64,000 bases of DNA from Promethearchaeota archaeon (lineage in GTDB: Archaea > Asgardarchaeota > Lokiarchaeia > Sigyniarchaeales > SOKP01): contig JBHLMP010000001.1 of NCBI GenBank assembly GCA_048938025.1, positions 32,001 through 96,000 on the forward strand, in the 5' to 3' direction. A program made the position numbers and the translations under genes. Below are positions 21,403 through 31,679 of this stretch, piece after piece (position 1 is the stretch's first letter; each line of letters opens with the position of its first letter). Below the pieces are notes generated by a model. That model saw only the letters and a program-made list of their open reading frames with translations, had not been told where the DNA came from and ran no database searches.

Positions 21403-24400
21403 TCATTTAAGATTTATAATCTTTATTAAATGCATAGGCTTTATTACAACAGGACCTAGTAAACCAGAAGGAGCTAAATCTTTTTTCCTATGATTTCTCC
21501 AATCTTCTCCTCCTTTCTTTGCATATCCTACTAAACGATTTCGCAAAGTTGGTATTATTTCAATTTCAACAATATTTTCTCCAATTTTAACATAATTTGA
21601 AATATCACTTTCATAAGGGGGTACTAATATTGGTTTTAATTCATTCCCGTTTACTTTAACTATTACTACATCATATACTCTTCCTAATGATAATATTAAT
21701 TTTATATCTTCATGAATGTGAATTTTTTTTATATTGAATTTTGAAGAGTATAGCCCTCTACTGGAACAATATTGTAATTTAGGAATTTGACGCCAATCTC
21801 TCAATTCTGTTAAATCCATCTCAACAGATTCTATATTTCCTAAATAATCTCTTAATTTTGTTTTTAGATGCCAATTTTTAATAGAAATAGAAGATAATAA
21901 TTTATCAGAGGCTTCAATTATCTTTTTAGTATTATCACTTAGAACAGTCATAATAGGACTTGGAGTATCCATATATCCAATAATCTTTTTATCTTTTCTT
22001 TCCGTTTTTATTGGACTTTTTTTTACATGAACTTTCTCACGGGATTTTTTGAATCCTATTAATTTTGACCCATATGCTTCAAAATATAAATCCATCTTAA
22101 TACTATTTTCTAATTTTTCATATTGTGGCGCTTGTTTTACTTCACCTGTCCAAGGATCCAAAATAAAAGGTATTTTATTGTAAATAGGAAACTTTACTAT
22201 TACTTTTTTAGGTTGATTAGTGGAATGACGTAAAAAAAAATAATCACACTTCTTTGTCTTTTTATGAATGTAATGTATTGTAGATTGTTCCTCTTCAAAT
22301 ACCAATCCAGGATTAATATTTAATTTCGTTCTTAAGAATAGCGGTACTTCATTAATATCCTTTAAATAATAAACATAACCCGATTTAATTAAACTTTTAA
22401 TAATTGTTTCTATTTTTTTGTCATTCTCTTTATAGTTTAAAAACCCATTTTGTTTTAGTGGCAACTTTTTGAGAAATAGTATCCTTATTCCATCATTAGC
22501 AAGTTTTTGTAATTTTTCTGCTAAACTAAGCGAGATCTTTTCAATATTTAGTAGAATTAAAACATCAAATTTTGAATGACCAATAATTAACTTATCATTT
22601 TTTGCAATACTCTCTAGAATACCTTCCTCGTTTACATGAGTGTAAAAATATCCTCTGCTTGTTAAGATATCAGTTAGGCTTAGCATAAATAAAGTCCATT
22701 TATCATTTAAATCAAATTTTTCCCACTCTTTAAGATTACCTCCAACCTGATCTTTATTAATCGGAATATCATTTTCATCCAAATACCCACCAACTAATTC
22801 TTCCTGCTTTAAGACTGAATCATTATAATTGAATAGAGGGTAAAAAAGGATTATATTACTTATTGTTCTCCCACTTTGTAATACTAATTGGCATCTTGTA
22901 ATATAATTATTTATAATAGGAAAAAACTCCCAAAATGGATTATTTTTGTTAAAATTTGATGAATAATTAAAAATTCTTGGTAAATATGCTGTTGAAAACC
23001 CACAATAACCTGGATATGGAAATGATGGATTATCATAGGGAAATCCATGGTAAATCAACTGATTGATCCCAGATATGAATAATCTATCAGCAGCAACTTT
23101 CATTTTAAGAGGCGTTGTCAAATAATCCCTTTGATTCCATACTGAATATTCTGCTGTAATTAAAGGTTTTTCATAGATTAAACCTGCTGATCCTGCAAAT
23201 TTTAGGAAATCAATTATACCTCCTGCATATAGTTGTTCAGTCTCAGGTATATCTGAAAAACTATATGCTTTTAGTGTATCTGCTCTTATGCCGTAAGCTT
23301 GAATCCTATTTTTAAGTTTATTTTTAATAGTCCATTCAGTAATAGTTTGTACATATTCTTCTATAAATGAATCTGAAATTGTTAACTCTAAATCATATCT
23401 AATTCTTTCTCCACTCCCATCCTCAAAATCAAAAGCAGGAGTTTCACCTCCTAACCTAGCTTTACGATATTTATTATCTCTATTCGGTACAAAACAAACC
23501 GGTAGAAATTTTCTAAGATCATAACCACGTTTTTTTTTGAACTGCTTGAAAAAATCATCTGTCCATAGCCAATCAGAACTTAATTCCAAACTATCAGTAA
23601 ATATTCCCCTAAAGGTTTTACCAAAATGATTCTTAAAATATCTTTTTCCTTTTCCTATATGTAAATCTAAATGGTTTTTTAAAGATTTAGATGAAAGATG
23701 GTCCAAAACTAAGCTGTACTTCTCAGTTGAAGAACGACAATCTAATATTGGGCGCGCTCCAGAAGGAATACTATAAAATACAAAAATCTGCCATAAGCCT
23801 ATTGGGACATCCCATTCTAAACTCCCTTTTGTAGTAACATTATCAGTTAAATCCAAAATTGAATCTTTATCTATAAAAGTCGTTTGGACATTATTATAAT
23901 CAATTCTTCCACGTTCAGTATTAGGTTTAGCAGCTATAACAGCTTCCAATTTCAAATTTTTTTCAAAATTAACCTTTTTATAATGAGCTAAGTTTGGAGG
24001 ATCAGTGAATTTTGGTAAATCACCCGAATAATAAAATGGACCTTCAATAGTTAATTCTCCTATCAATAATGTTTTCATTGAATCCTCTTTAGAAATGTGT
24101 GTACCACCAGTAGGCCAGGAAGATCCAATCGTTAAGTCAATAATCATACCTCTCTTTGAAGCCTCTTCCAAAACTACTTCAATACAGGAATAATAATATG
24201 GTTGCATAAACCTATGAGACCTTAAAGCTCGCTCCTTATCAATGATCTCTAAATTAACTGGAGAACCTATCATAAAAGCTTGTATCTCTGCTCCTAAGAA
24301 TCCTGCGTCATCTAATTCTTGAACTTCTTTTATTAATTCTTCTTTTTCTACATCTAAACCTGTCCACCACCAACGAACCATAGGTCGTGCAGATTTTGGA

Positions 24401-24447
24401 GGATTTTTAAAATCATCCCATCTTATATCTTTTAAATTTAAAGACAT
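21403..24447 (-). CDS. GH106 (alpha-L-rhamnosidase-like) glycoside hydrolase
   Basis: FKNPP..ARPMVRWWW, GSSWPTGG, FTDSLE, FKKKRGYDL, GINQLIYHG, C-terminal PSGLLGPV. Confidence 0.85.
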   Translation of the reverse strand: MSLNLKDIRWDDFKNPPKSARPMVRWWWTGLDVEKEELIKEVQELDDAGFLGAEIQAFMIGSPVNLEIIDKERALRSHRFMQPYYYSCIEVVLEEASKRGMIIDLTIGSSWPTGGTHISKEDSMKTLLIGELTIEGPFYYSGDLPKFTDPPNLAHYKKVNFEKNLKLEAVIAAKPNTERGRIDYNNVQTTFIDKDSILDLTDNVTTKGSLEWDVPIGLWQIFVFYSIPSGARPILDCRSSTEKYSLVLDHLSSKSLKNHLDLHIGKGKRYFKNHFGKTFRGIFTDSLELSSDWLWTDDFFKQFKKKRGYDLRKFLPVCFVPNRDNKYRKARLGGETPAFDFEDGSGERIRYDLELTISDSFIEEYVQTITEWTIKNKLKNRIQAYGIRADTLKAYSFSDIPETEQLYAGGIIDFLKFAGSAGLIYEKPLITAEYSVWNQRDYLTTPLKMKVAADRLFISGINQLIYHGFPYDNPSFPYPGYCGFSTAYLPRIFNYSSNFNKNNPFWEFFPIINNYITRCQLVLQSGRTISNIILFYPLFNYNDSVLKQEELVGGYLDENDIPINKDQVGGNLKEWEKFDLNDKWTLFMLSLTDILTSRGYFYTHVNEEGILESIAKNDKLIIGHSKFDVLILLNIEKISLSLAEKLQKLANDGIRILFLKKLPLKQNGFLNYKENDKKIETIIKSLIKSGYVYYLKDINEVPLFLRTKLNINPGLVFEEEQSTIHYIHKKTKKCDYFFLRHSTNQPKKVIVKFPIYNKIPFILDPWTGEVKQAPQYEKLENSIKMDLYFEAYGSKLIGFKKSREKVHVKKSPIKTERKDKKIIGYMDTPSPIMTVLSDNTKKIIEASDKLLSSISIKNWHLKTKLRDYLGNIESVEMDLTELRDWRQIPKLQYCSSRGLYSSKFNIKKIHIHEDIKLILSLGRVYDVVIVKVNGNELKPILVPPYESDISNYVKIGENIVEIEIIPTLRNRLVGYAKKGGEDWRNHRKKDLAPSGLLGPVVIKPMHLIKIINLK

Positions 24448-24584
24448 AGAGATATTTTAATAGTTTTTTTAAATATAAATATTCTTCTCACTTATTCTAT
24501 ATATTTTTATTAGTATAATATTCTCAAATACTTTTATAGAAAATTAGAAGAAAATTATTATATTATAAGTTCTTTAATGAAATT

Positions 24585-25292
24585 ATGAGAAAAGAAGATC
24601 TATTAAACTCTTATAATTCTGAATTTCTAAGGAAAGCTGGAATTGAATTTAAAAAGTCAGAGAAAATTAATGAAAAAAATACCCAATTACTTAAAACAGG
24701 TACCACTACTGTAGGGTTGGTATGTAAGAATGCTGTAATTTTAGGAGCAGATAAAAGAGCCTCGATGGCATATTTTGTTGCTAGTAAAACTGCTGAAAAG
24801 TTACATAAAATTCAAGATCATCTTTATATGACAATTGCAGGTGCTGTGGCTGATGCTCAATATCTTATTGATGTTTTACGTGCAGAAACGACTATATTTC
24901 AATTAGCACATGACGGTAAATCTATTTTAATTAAATCTGCTGGAAAATTATTATCAAACATCTTATATCAAAATAAAATGTTTCCCTTTGAAGTGGGACT
25001 TATTTTAGGAGGTCTTACAGAAGAAGAAGGTCCTACTCTCCTGGAGATTGGTGCTTATGGCTCAATTTTACCAGAGAAATATTGCGCTATTGGAAGTGGA
25101 CAAAATTTCTCATATGGTGTCTTAGAAGCAAAATATAAAGATAACTTATCCATTAAAGAAGGGAAAGAAATTATTAAATCAGCAATATCCGCATCTATTA
25201 TAAGAGATATGGCTTCAGGCGATGGCATAGACATAGTTGTAATTAAAGCTTCTGGGGTATCCAAACGAGAGTTTATCTCAATTCATAAATGA
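24585..25292 (+). CDS. psmB: Proteasome subunit beta
   Basis: Propeptide then KTG/TTTVG, ADKRAS, AGAVADAQ, GSG, RDMASG. Confidence 0.95.
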   Translation: MRKEDLLNSYNSEFLRKAGIEFKKSEKINEKNTQLLKTGTTTVGLVCKNAVILGADKRASMAYFVASKTAEKLHKIQDHLYMTIAGAVADAQYLIDVLRAETTIFQLAHDGKSILIKSAGKLLSNILYQNKMFPFEVGLILGGLTEEEGPTLLEIGAYGSILPEKYCAIGSGQNFSYGVLEAKYKDNLSIKEGKEIIKSAISASIIRDMASGDGIDIVVIKASGVSKREFISIHK

Positions 25293-25544
25293 GATATATA
25301 GATTAACAAGTTCTAAGAAATGATGAATCTTATTATCATACTTCATCAATAAAGGACAACTTATTATTTGAATTATAATAATATAGAAATTGCTGTTGTT
25401 AAACAAAAAGCCCAGCAAATAAACAATTTATTCCAATAAAGGGCTAACAATTATCACTATTTTTCTGTATTATTCTATTTTTATCTCTTCTCCTGCTATT
25501 TAAATATTATGTAAAAAGAAACTTTAAATAGAAGCTTTATAAAA

Positions 25545-25580
25545 ATCTTTATAAAAATAAATATCTTTATAAAAATAAAT
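25545..25580. repeat. 18-bp tandem duplication ATCTTTATAAAAATAAAT x2 (TATA-like)
   Basis: Direct reading; lies upstream of the 25685 gene, with a third partial CTTTATAAAAA just before. Confidence 0.5.
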
Positions 25581-25684
25581 TACATATTATAAAGTTAGAA
25601 GAAATAACTCGTTATAGAACTTAGATAGAACATTTATAAACATTAAGAATTGATCAAGAATTGAATCGTGGAGTGACGCCAAAA

Positions 25685-26413
25685 ATGAGCTACAAAATAA
25701 TAGTAGACTTATCTCATAAGGAACAGATTGAAGAATTTCCTGAGTTCTCTTTAGGAGAGGATGAATATGAGGTTGAGTATATAGACAAGAACGAGGGACC
25801 CATAGAGTTTGATATACTTGAAGATTTTGATGTTTTATTTATTGGAAATATCAAAGCTTCACAAGATGGTAAAGCTGATAAGTTTTCACAAGAAGAATTA
25901 CTTGCAATTAAAAAATTTGTAGGAGAAGGTGGCGGGTTATTTCTAACTAGTGGAGATGGGGGAGATAAAGATATTCCTATGAAAAAAGGCTCAATTAGAG
26001 TTTTATATAAGATTACAGGGGTACGAAGATTTTGGAATGGGATTATACAAGAAGTTCCTTCCAATTTTCTAGTTAATCGAAATAATCTATTAGTTACAGA
26101 ACTTTTTAGCCATCCTATAACTGAAGGAGTTACAGAGTTAGTTCTTCCAAATTGTACTTTCTTTACAATCTCCGAAGAAGACGTAGAAGATATTATTCTA
26201 ACCTCTGAAAAATCTGAGTTTAAATATTATTTTGATGATGACGTTAGCGCTCTTGGTCCAGTACCTATATGTGTGGTCTCTGAATTCTATAATGGTAGAT
26301 GTGTTAGCATAGGATCCTCAGATTGGATGATAGAAGATTCTGATTTTGGATTGGATGCAGGAGATAATTTGAAGTTCCTCTCTAATATCATTGAATGGTT
26401 ATCTTTGGATTAA
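25685..26413 (+). CDS. Stand-alone GATase-like / GIFT (DUF4350, IFT52 N-terminal-like) domain protein
   Basis: IIVDLSHKE, FSQEELLAIKKFVGEGGGLFL, HPITEGV, GRCVSIGSSD, DNLKFLSNIIEWL; start moved to ATG 25685. Confidence 0.65.
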   Translation: MSYKIIVDLSHKEQIEEFPEFSLGEDEYEVEYIDKNEGPIEFDILEDFDVLFIGNIKASQDGKADKFSQEELLAIKKFVGEGGGLFLTSGDGGDKDIPMKKGSIRVLYKITGVRRFWNGIIQEVPSNFLVNRNNLLVTELFSHPITEGVTELVLPNCTFFTISEEDVEDIILTSEKSEFKYYFDDDVSALGPVPICVVSEFYNGRCVSIGSSDWMIEDSDFGLDAGDNLKFLSNIIEWLSLD

Positions 26414-26443
26414 TTATAATTAATTTTATGAATTTTAATTAAT

Positions 26444-27556
26444 ATGGTTTTTAGACTCCTTCGCCCGGATTCAGTATCCGTTTGGGAAAATGAAGAAATT
26501 ATTAAAAGATATTCAAAATATAAAGGTATTATAGAGGGTACAAATTTAGCAAGATATTTAATTGCTAAGAGTCTTGAATGTGAATTTAATTATGATGATA
26601 GCATTGAAATTCTTGAAAAACTGTTAAAGGAAAAATCTAAGGAATTTAATGAACTAATAAAAAAAGATACAAAAGAAATAAAAAATCGAAAGATTGCTGC
26701 TATATCATATATTGATTTAGCCGAAAAGATTGCAAATAAATATCTCAAAAGCTGTATTTTCTGTGAACGTCAATGTAAAGCTAATAGACTTGATGGAGAA
26801 AAAGGATTTTGTTTAATAAATAAAGATTCATACGTTTCTTCAGCTTTTCTGCATATGGGTGAAGAAAGTGTATTGATACCAAGTGGTACAATTTTCTTTC
26901 AAGGATGCAATTTTGGATGTGTTTTTTGTCAAAATTATGATATTTCTCAAGCTTGGAAAGGTCAGAGAAATATTGAAGATATTGCCCAAAAAGTTTCTAT
27001 TAAAGAATTGGCTACTATTGCTGATAAGTTAGTAGATAAAGGCGCTATAAATATTAATTATGTAGGAGGCGATCCCATACCAAATATTCATACTATAATT
27101 GGAAGTCTTAAATATCAGCAATCTAATATCTGTCAATTATGGAATTCTAATTTCTATCTAACTAATGAGTCATTATCATTAATTATAGATTTTATAGATT
27201 TCTGGCTTCCAGATTTTAAGTATGGGAACAATGAATGTGCCAAGAAGTATTCTGGTATAGATAATTACTTCGATATCATTGCCAGAAATCATAAAAGAGT
27301 CCATGATAAGGGAAGTGGAGAAATATGTATAAGGCACCTTGTAATGCCCGGACATATTGAGTGTTGTAGTAAGCCAATTTTGGACTATGCCAAAAAAGAA
27401 TTACCGAAAGCAGTCTTCAATATTATGGGACAATATCGTCCCCAATATAAGGCATTTCAATATGAAGAAATAAATAGAAGACCCACATCCCAAGAAATAA
27501 GAGAAGTAAAAAATTATGCTGATGCATTAGGAATTCTTTATAAGCCTGTCTCATAA
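26444..27556 (+). CDS. Radical SAM protein, PflX-like
   Basis: CIFCERQC, GTIFFQGCNFGCVFCQNYDIS, PDFKYGN, RHLVMPGH, NIMGQYRP. Confidence 0.9.
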   Translation: MVFRLLRPDSVSVWENEEIIKRYSKYKGIIEGTNLARYLIAKSLECEFNYDDSIEILEKLLKEKSKEFNELIKKDTKEIKNRKIAAISYIDLAEKIANKYLKSCIFCERQCKANRLDGEKGFCLINKDSYVSSAFLHMGEESVLIPSGTIFFQGCNFGCVFCQNYDISQAWKGQRNIEDIAQKVSIKELATIADKLVDKGAININYVGGDPIPNIHTIIGSLKYQQSNICQLWNSNFYLTNESLSLIIDFIDFWLPDFKYGNNECAKKYSGIDNYFDIIARNHKRVHDKGSGEICIRHLVMPGHIECCSKPILDYAKKELPKAVFNIMGQYRPQYKAFQYEEINRRPTSQEIREVKNYADALGILYKPVS

Positions 27557-27646
27557 AGCAGACTTAATTTTAAAAAAATCTTTAAGTAATCATTTATTTT
27601 AAAACTTAATTTCTATTGTCCAAGTAATTTTATTTAATTGATTTTA

Positions 27647-28774
27647 ATGTCTCTTGAACTAAACGATGTAAAAGGAATTGGGAAAAAAATCGATGTTCTA
27701 AAGGAAGCAGGAATCGATTCAGTTGAAAAATTAGCAGGGTCTAAATTAGAAGATTTAACTGATATAAAGGGAATTGGAAGAACTACAGCAGAAAAAATAA
27801 TTGACAATGCAAAAGAGTTATTAAAAAGCTCAAAAAGTGACTCAGCAGAAATTTTAAAAGAAGAAAAACTTGAATCGGTTGAATCTGAAGATGAAGAGAG
27901 AAAAGTTCAAGAGGAACTTAAAAAATTAGAAGAAAAGAAGGGAAAACTCCAAGGTAAGAAAGTTGAAAAAGGCGATTTTATTTTAGTTAAAATAACAGGT
28001 AAAACTCAAAGAGGTAAGGTTTTTAGAGTATCATCTGAAGAAGATGCAAAAACAGCAGGTATATATGATGAACAAAAAGCAAAACAAGGTTTTTATTCTC
28101 CAGACTTTATTATTGTCAGTAAACCAGGTTTTTTAAATGAGGGACTTACTGAAACAATAGAAAATATGAATTATTTTGAGAAAAAATCTGTAAGAGTACC
28201 TCCAACTAAAGCATTTGGGAAAAGAGATCCGAAAAAAATTGAAAGAATAGGAATTGCTAAATTTAGAAAATTAAATGAAGGTAAAAATCCTGAAATTGGA
28301 CAAGATTTTACTAAACAAACTCAAGGACAAGTGCAAAGGGGGACAGTAACGAATGTTGTACAAGGAAGAGTTATTATTGATTATAATCATCCATTAGCAG
28401 GTCAACCTTTAGATTATAACATAGAAATTATTGATAAGATTGAAGATTTTAATGAAAAAATAGAATATTTTATGATTAGTAAAGGAATTCCAAAAGAAGA
28501 TGTTGGAAATTTTGAATTGAGTTATAACATAAAAAATAAAATTCTTGAGATAATAATTCCAAAAATGTTTCTATTTCAGAATTTAACTTATTTCAAATTT
28601 GGTTTGGCTATGGATCTTCAAACTCATATGTCTGATGAAATTGGCGATGTGAAGTTTATCGAGATTTTTGAAAAAATTCCGATTCCACCAACTCCTTCAG
28701 AATCAGTTGAGCAAAAAATTGAAGATTACAATATAGAGAAAGAAAAAGAGAATAAAAAAGAATCAAAAAATTAA
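27647..28774 (+). CDS. Long-type FKBP/SlyD peptidyl-prolyl isomerase with N-terminal helix-hairpin-helix domain
   Basis: VKGIG...IKGIGRTTAEKII (HhH); PPTKAFGKRD, IDYNHPLAG. Confidence 0.9.
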   Translation: MSLELNDVKGIGKKIDVLKEAGIDSVEKLAGSKLEDLTDIKGIGRTTAEKIIDNAKELLKSSKSDSAEILKEEKLESVESEDEERKVQEELKKLEEKKGKLQGKKVEKGDFILVKITGKTQRGKVFRVSSEEDAKTAGIYDEQKAKQGFYSPDFIIVSKPGFLNEGLTETIENMNYFEKKSVRVPPTKAFGKRDPKKIERIGIAKFRKLNEGKNPEIGQDFTKQTQGQVQRGTVTNVVQGRVIIDYNHPLAGQPLDYNIEIIDKIEDFNEKIEYFMISKGIPKEDVGNFELSYNIKNKILEIIIPKMFLFQNLTYFKFGLAMDLQTHMSDEIGDVKFIEIFEKIPIPPTPSESVEQKIEDYNIEKEKENKKESKN

Positions 28775-28800
28775 AAATCTATTTCATAGATCCTTCTAAT

Positions 28801-29769
28801 TTAAGTAATTTTAACTTTAGTTACTAATTCTTGTTTTTTCTTTTCCTTCTCCTTTTTGTACTCCTCTTTCTTTTTCTGATATAAAGCTCGCTTACGTTGA
28901 AATTCTAGTCTTCTTATTATCGGCCTTTTCTTCTTTTTTAGATATTCCTTTTTCGATTTTTTATATTCTTTTTTTGCTTTTTTATATTCCTTTTTTTTAA
29001 TTTTATATCTTTTATATTGTCTCTTAATCTTGTGACGAAGATCCTTGCTGATTTCTTTTATTCCTAATTCTTTTAATTGTCTTTTGAACTTTTCAAATGA
29101 TTCAAATCTTAAAACTATAATTCCTAATTCCCTAGCAGGAACTAAATTTCGAATTTTATCATCAATAAATATACATTTCTTAGGAGATGTATCTAATTTT
29201 TTTAAAACATATTTGTATTTATCCATATTGGGTTTAATTAAGCCAATTTCATTAGATAAAAACACGTGATCAAAAATATCATAAAACCCCTTTAATAAAT
29301 TTGATTTAGCATGAATATCGAAGGTATTTGACATTAAACTTACAATATATCCAGCCTTATGTAAACGTTCAATTGTTTCTGCCATATCAGAAGAGAAATG
29401 TGTTAGCATTGAATATAATTCAAACCAGATTTCTAAATAGTATTCAACATTTACTTTTTTTGGAGGTAGAGCACCATCTTTTTTTTGAGAAGGATAATAA
29501 TATTTATCAAAAATTTTTTCTAAAAATTCTTTAGCACTAATTCTACCTGAACTAAGACTTCGCCTAAATTTTCGAAAATACGAATCCTCAGAAGTCGGTA
29601 TAGTAATATTTAAATCAGACTGTATTAAATCAAATAAATTTTTTAAAATAAAGGTTTTTTCAATCATTACACCCCCAAAATCAAATATAAAATGCTTAAT
29701 TTTATACAGTCTAACCTTTTGAGTTTTTCCAAATATCTTAAAGGTTTTTAACTCTTCTGGTGTACTCAT
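28801..29769 (-). CDS. HAD-superfamily phosphatase (YihX/epoxide-hydrolase N-terminal-like) with Lys-rich C-terminal tail
   Basis: FDFGGV, SNT, KP, FIDD motifs; the last 80 aa or so are polybasic with KKEYKK repeats. Confidence 0.85.
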   Translation of the reverse strand: MSTPEELKTFKIFGKTQKVRLYKIKHFIFDFGGVMIEKTFILKNLFDLIQSDLNITIPTSEDSYFRKFRRSLSSGRISAKEFLEKIFDKYYYPSQKKDGALPPKKVNVEYYLEIWFELYSMLTHFSSDMAETIERLHKAGYIVSLMSNTFDIHAKSNLLKGFYDIFDHVFLSNEIGLIKPNMDKYKYVLKKLDTSPKKCIFIDDKIRNLVPARELGIIVLRFESFEKFKRQLKELGIKEISKDLRHKIKRQYKRYKIKKKEYKKAKKEYKKSKKEYLKKKKRPIIRRLEFQRKRALYQKKKEEYKKEKEKKKQELVTKVKIT

Positions 29770-29848
29770 TTTCTACCGGATCTTATTTTATAATTAAAAT
29801 AATTACTTTTTAAAGATAAAAATTTTCTTTATTCTACGATAAATATAT

Positions 29849-30661
29849 TCAAATATTACGAAATTCTCTAAATCTTTTTAAGATTAGATTACATATTGCC
29901 TCGACAGGAGAAATATTATCTACTTGCCACTGATCGAATTCTGGAAATGATCCAGGATCAACTATATATAATTTATTACTTGATTCTTCTCTGACAATAT
30001 CTAAATGTCCGAAAATACCATTTTCTCTTAATAAATTTTTCCACTTTTGAATTACCATCTCAATATCTTTTGGTGTTTGGATGAATTCCATATGAACATG
30101 TTCATTGGATAATGGAGGTTTAATTAAGGTACAAATTTCTTCACCGATAAAGTATACATTATAATGTTCCCCTTTAATATATTTTTCTAAATATAATATT
30201 TTATTACTATTATAGGCTCTTAAATCCTTAAAAGAGTTTATAATTTTAACACCTTTACTTCCAGAGCCCATAATTGGTTTTAAAATTAGAGGAAAATCAT
30301 TATTATTAAGTTCTTTTTTCAAAGTTTCTACAGTACTTAAATAGATATTCGGGGGTGAAAGTCTGGCTTTTTTTATTAAAAAGTATGAATGTATTCTATT
30401 TTTCTGTAAAAATGAAGTATCTGGATCAGGGATAACTGGTATTTCATTTGCTTTTAAGTATTGACCAGCATAAATAAAGAAAAGATTTTTTGATTTTAAA
30501 ATAAAAAAATCGTTTGATAAAAGTGTATCATTGATACTAAGATTGTCTAAAGTATAGATTTTAACATTAAAACCTGTATTATTTTCGAAAAACTGCTTCA
30601 TTTTGCCTGTAAACATTGTTTTCCTTTTAGATAAGATTCCTATATTCAATTTAAGCCACAT
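29849..30661 (-). CDS. ATP-grasp protein, divergent ITPK1-like (paralog 1)
   Basis: FPLILKPIMGSGSKGV, LEKYI, YNVYFIG, LDIV, YIVDPGSFPEF. Confidence 0.7.
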   Translation of the reverse strand: MWLKLNIGILSKRKTMFTGKMKQFFENNTGFNVKIYTLDNLSINDTLLSNDFFILKSKNLFFIYAGQYLKANEIPVIPDPDTSFLQKNRIHSYFLIKKARLSPPNIYLSTVETLKKELNNNDFPLILKPIMGSGSKGVKIINSFKDLRAYNSNKILYLEKYIKGEHYNVYFIGEEICTLIKPPLSNEHVHMEFIQTPKDIEMVIQKWKNLLRENGIFGHLDIVREESSNKLYIVDPGSFPEFDQWQVDNISPVEAICNLILKRFREFRNI

Positions 30662-31477
30662 TTATTTTTTTGCTTGTTCTAATAAAAAATCTGCTACGAT
30701 CTTTGCACCATTTTTGATATAATTAAAATTTGGAGTGCAATTAATATCAGTTAAAAAAAATTGACCTTTTGATTTTAAAAAATCAAGAGAAGTTAACTTT
30801 AAATCCATAATTTCCATAGCCTTAATACAATATTCTTTTAATTCAGCAATTTCATCGATCTCGTGTCGTGATTCCACTTTATTAGAGTTAACTAAAATTG
30901 GGAGTTGTTTATAAAAATATATTTTATCACCAATACCGTAGATTTTATATTCCCATTTGCTTTTTATAAATTTCTGATAATAAAGATAATTATATCTAGG
31001 GTCTTCGGTATCAACTTCAAGTAAAGCTCTTTCATCAGCTACTTGTAGTTGTCCATTTTGTTTCTTAACTATAGGTTTGAATTTGTAGTTCTTTTGATCA
31101 ATTATATTTTTTATAATATAGTCCTTAAAATGAGGTAAAATACCTTTAGGATTTAATGTGAAATCTGGTATAGGAATTCCAGCCTCTTTTAAATACACAC
31201 TATTTAAAAATCGATTAATAGCTAACCAGCATCCCTTATAGGAGTTTATAACAGGTATTGATGTTTCTTCTTCAATGAATTTTACTAATCCTAAGATAAG
31301 ATCACCTTTACCTTTAACAAAAAAGATATCTTCATCAAGTTTCAAATTTGAACTGTCTACGAGAAATGATTCTTCAATATACAATTTAACTTCTGCTTTT
31401 GATCTCAGATATTTTAAGAAATCAGTAACTTTATATTTCAAGTGGTATTTGTCAATAATTATTCCTACTTTTTTCAA
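30662..31477 (-). CDS. ATP-grasp protein, ITPK1-like inositol phosphate kinase (paralog 2)
   Basis: YQKFI, YKIYGIGDKI, SLDFL, LTDINCTPNF. Confidence 0.72.
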   Translation of the reverse strand: MKKVGIIIDKYHLKYKVTDFLKYLRSKAEVKLYIEESFLVDSSNLKLDEDIFFVKGKGDLILGLVKFIEEETSIPVINSYKGCWLAINRFLNSVYLKEAGIPIPDFTLNPKGILPHFKDYIIKNIIDQKNYKFKPIVKKQNGQLQVADERALLEVDTEDPRYNYLYYQKFIKSKWEYKIYGIGDKIYFYKQLPILVNSNKVESRHEIDEIAELKEYCIKAMEIMDLKLTSLDFLKSKGQFFLTDINCTPNFNYIKNGAKIVADFLLEQAKK

Positions 31478-31679
31478 ATAATTACCCTAAACAGCCTTTT
31501 ATCAATGAAATAGAACTTTTTCTTTAATACTTAATAAATAATATTTATCTAATTTAAATAAACTCAAAATAATTGTGTTTTAATTAATTAACTTTGTTAT
31601 ACTAATTTCCTAAATTATTATCAATATATTTATATAAGATTATTTATTCATAATTTATCAAAATAATAGGGTTTTTTAA

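Noticed and set aside
25320-25460. ATGATGA (C-box-like) and a 25-codon hydrophobic minus-strand ORF after psmB
   Set aside because: No matching D box is apparent and the ORF is too short to support.
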